64,000 nucleotides of DNA from Oopsacas minuta (Eukaryota > Animalia > Porifera), in contig JAKMXF010000028.1 in assembly GCA_024704765.1 (NCBI GenBank), forward strand, positions 15,698 through 79,697, written 5' to 3'. Numbering within the stretch: the stretch's first letter is position 1; each line of letters starts with the position of its first letter. The notes below the pieces were generated by a model. The model worked only from the letters and a program-made list of their open reading frames with translations, was not told the DNA's origin and made no database searches. This document shows, one piece after another, positions 63,291 to 64,000 of this stretch. Made by a program: the position numbers and the translations under genes.

Positions 63291-64000
63291 CCAACCAGCC
63301 AATCGCATTGTTATCTCAAAAAGAGAACATTGAAAGTGTCACTACTCTAATGAATTTCTTGAATCTACAAATTGACTAACTCGTGTCTTCGAGGATGAAT
63401 GTGGACTTGCGAATAATAGTTGAGTTAAACATGACATCAACATAGTAACATTTAGCTTGACATACCATAGTAACCAAATGTATAGAATGGAATGTTGGTT
63501 TTATTTTGGTTTCACGGAACTTCGCTGAACAAATATTTATTTAGAACAAATAACTTATATATAGCTCAACTATACTATAGTACAGTTTTTGTGTATTAGC
63601 TTTCCTATGTTCGAGGAAAGGTCATTTGTTAGGCCTAATGAAAGTCACCTTTTTGGAATGAGGGTATGGGGTTTTGCATTACAAAAAACTGTATTATACT
63701 ATAGTTGAGCTATATATAAGGAATCTGTTTATAGAATAGTTTTATTAGATCGTCTGTCATGCGTGTAATATCCTGAATAGTGCGAGAAATTGCGAGAAAA
63801 TTTGTTCATACCAAAATACGTTGGCATTATTCATATTATATAATCTATAATTATGTCGTATCATCACAAAGTTTAAGTAGAGAAAATGAATAAAAATTCA
63901 CTTAAAGTTCGCTTTGCACTTTTATAAGTTGAAATCATTCTGATTTGTACAAAACCTCACGATTTGATAGAAACAATGTGAAAAGTGGTATTGGAATGGC

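Noticed and set aside
1-64000. tRNA, rRNA or structured ncRNA genes
   Set aside because: None recognised by eye; tRNAscan-SE or Infernal would be needed to exclude them.

Overview
AT-rich eukaryotic (animal) genomic DNA with spliceosomal GT-AG introns, few host genes and a dense load of DNA transposons. The coiled-coil+NHL gene family, intron-poor housekeeping genes and TE spectrum resemble a glass sponge such as Oopsacas (inference only). Host genes: the 3' part of a TRP channel, a four-exon class IV sirtuin fused in frame to a YEATS domain, intronless LIS1, three coiled-coil+NHL paralogues (two convergent in a ~13-kb inverted duplication, one frameshifted) plus an older NHL pseudogene, and a Tyr/Cys-rich type I membrane protein. 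Elements with definable ends: Ginger1 (CCGG TSD, integrase+Ulp1), MULE (9-bp TSD), Harbinger (CTG TSD, transposase+Myb) and many MITEs. Remnants of mariner, Tigger, P/THAP, Helitron and a second Ginger are also present. Best leads: (1) the sirtuin-YEATS eraser/reader fusion; (2) NHL propellers whose differences are mostly non-synonymous, loop-clustered and mosaic, suggesting a diversifying recognition family; (3) the ~31% Tyr surface protein; (4) stranded host exons including an RPL13 piece; (5) 64-71-bp mobile units with 8-bp TSDs. No rRNA, tRNA or CRISPR seen. All alignments and counts were done by eye.
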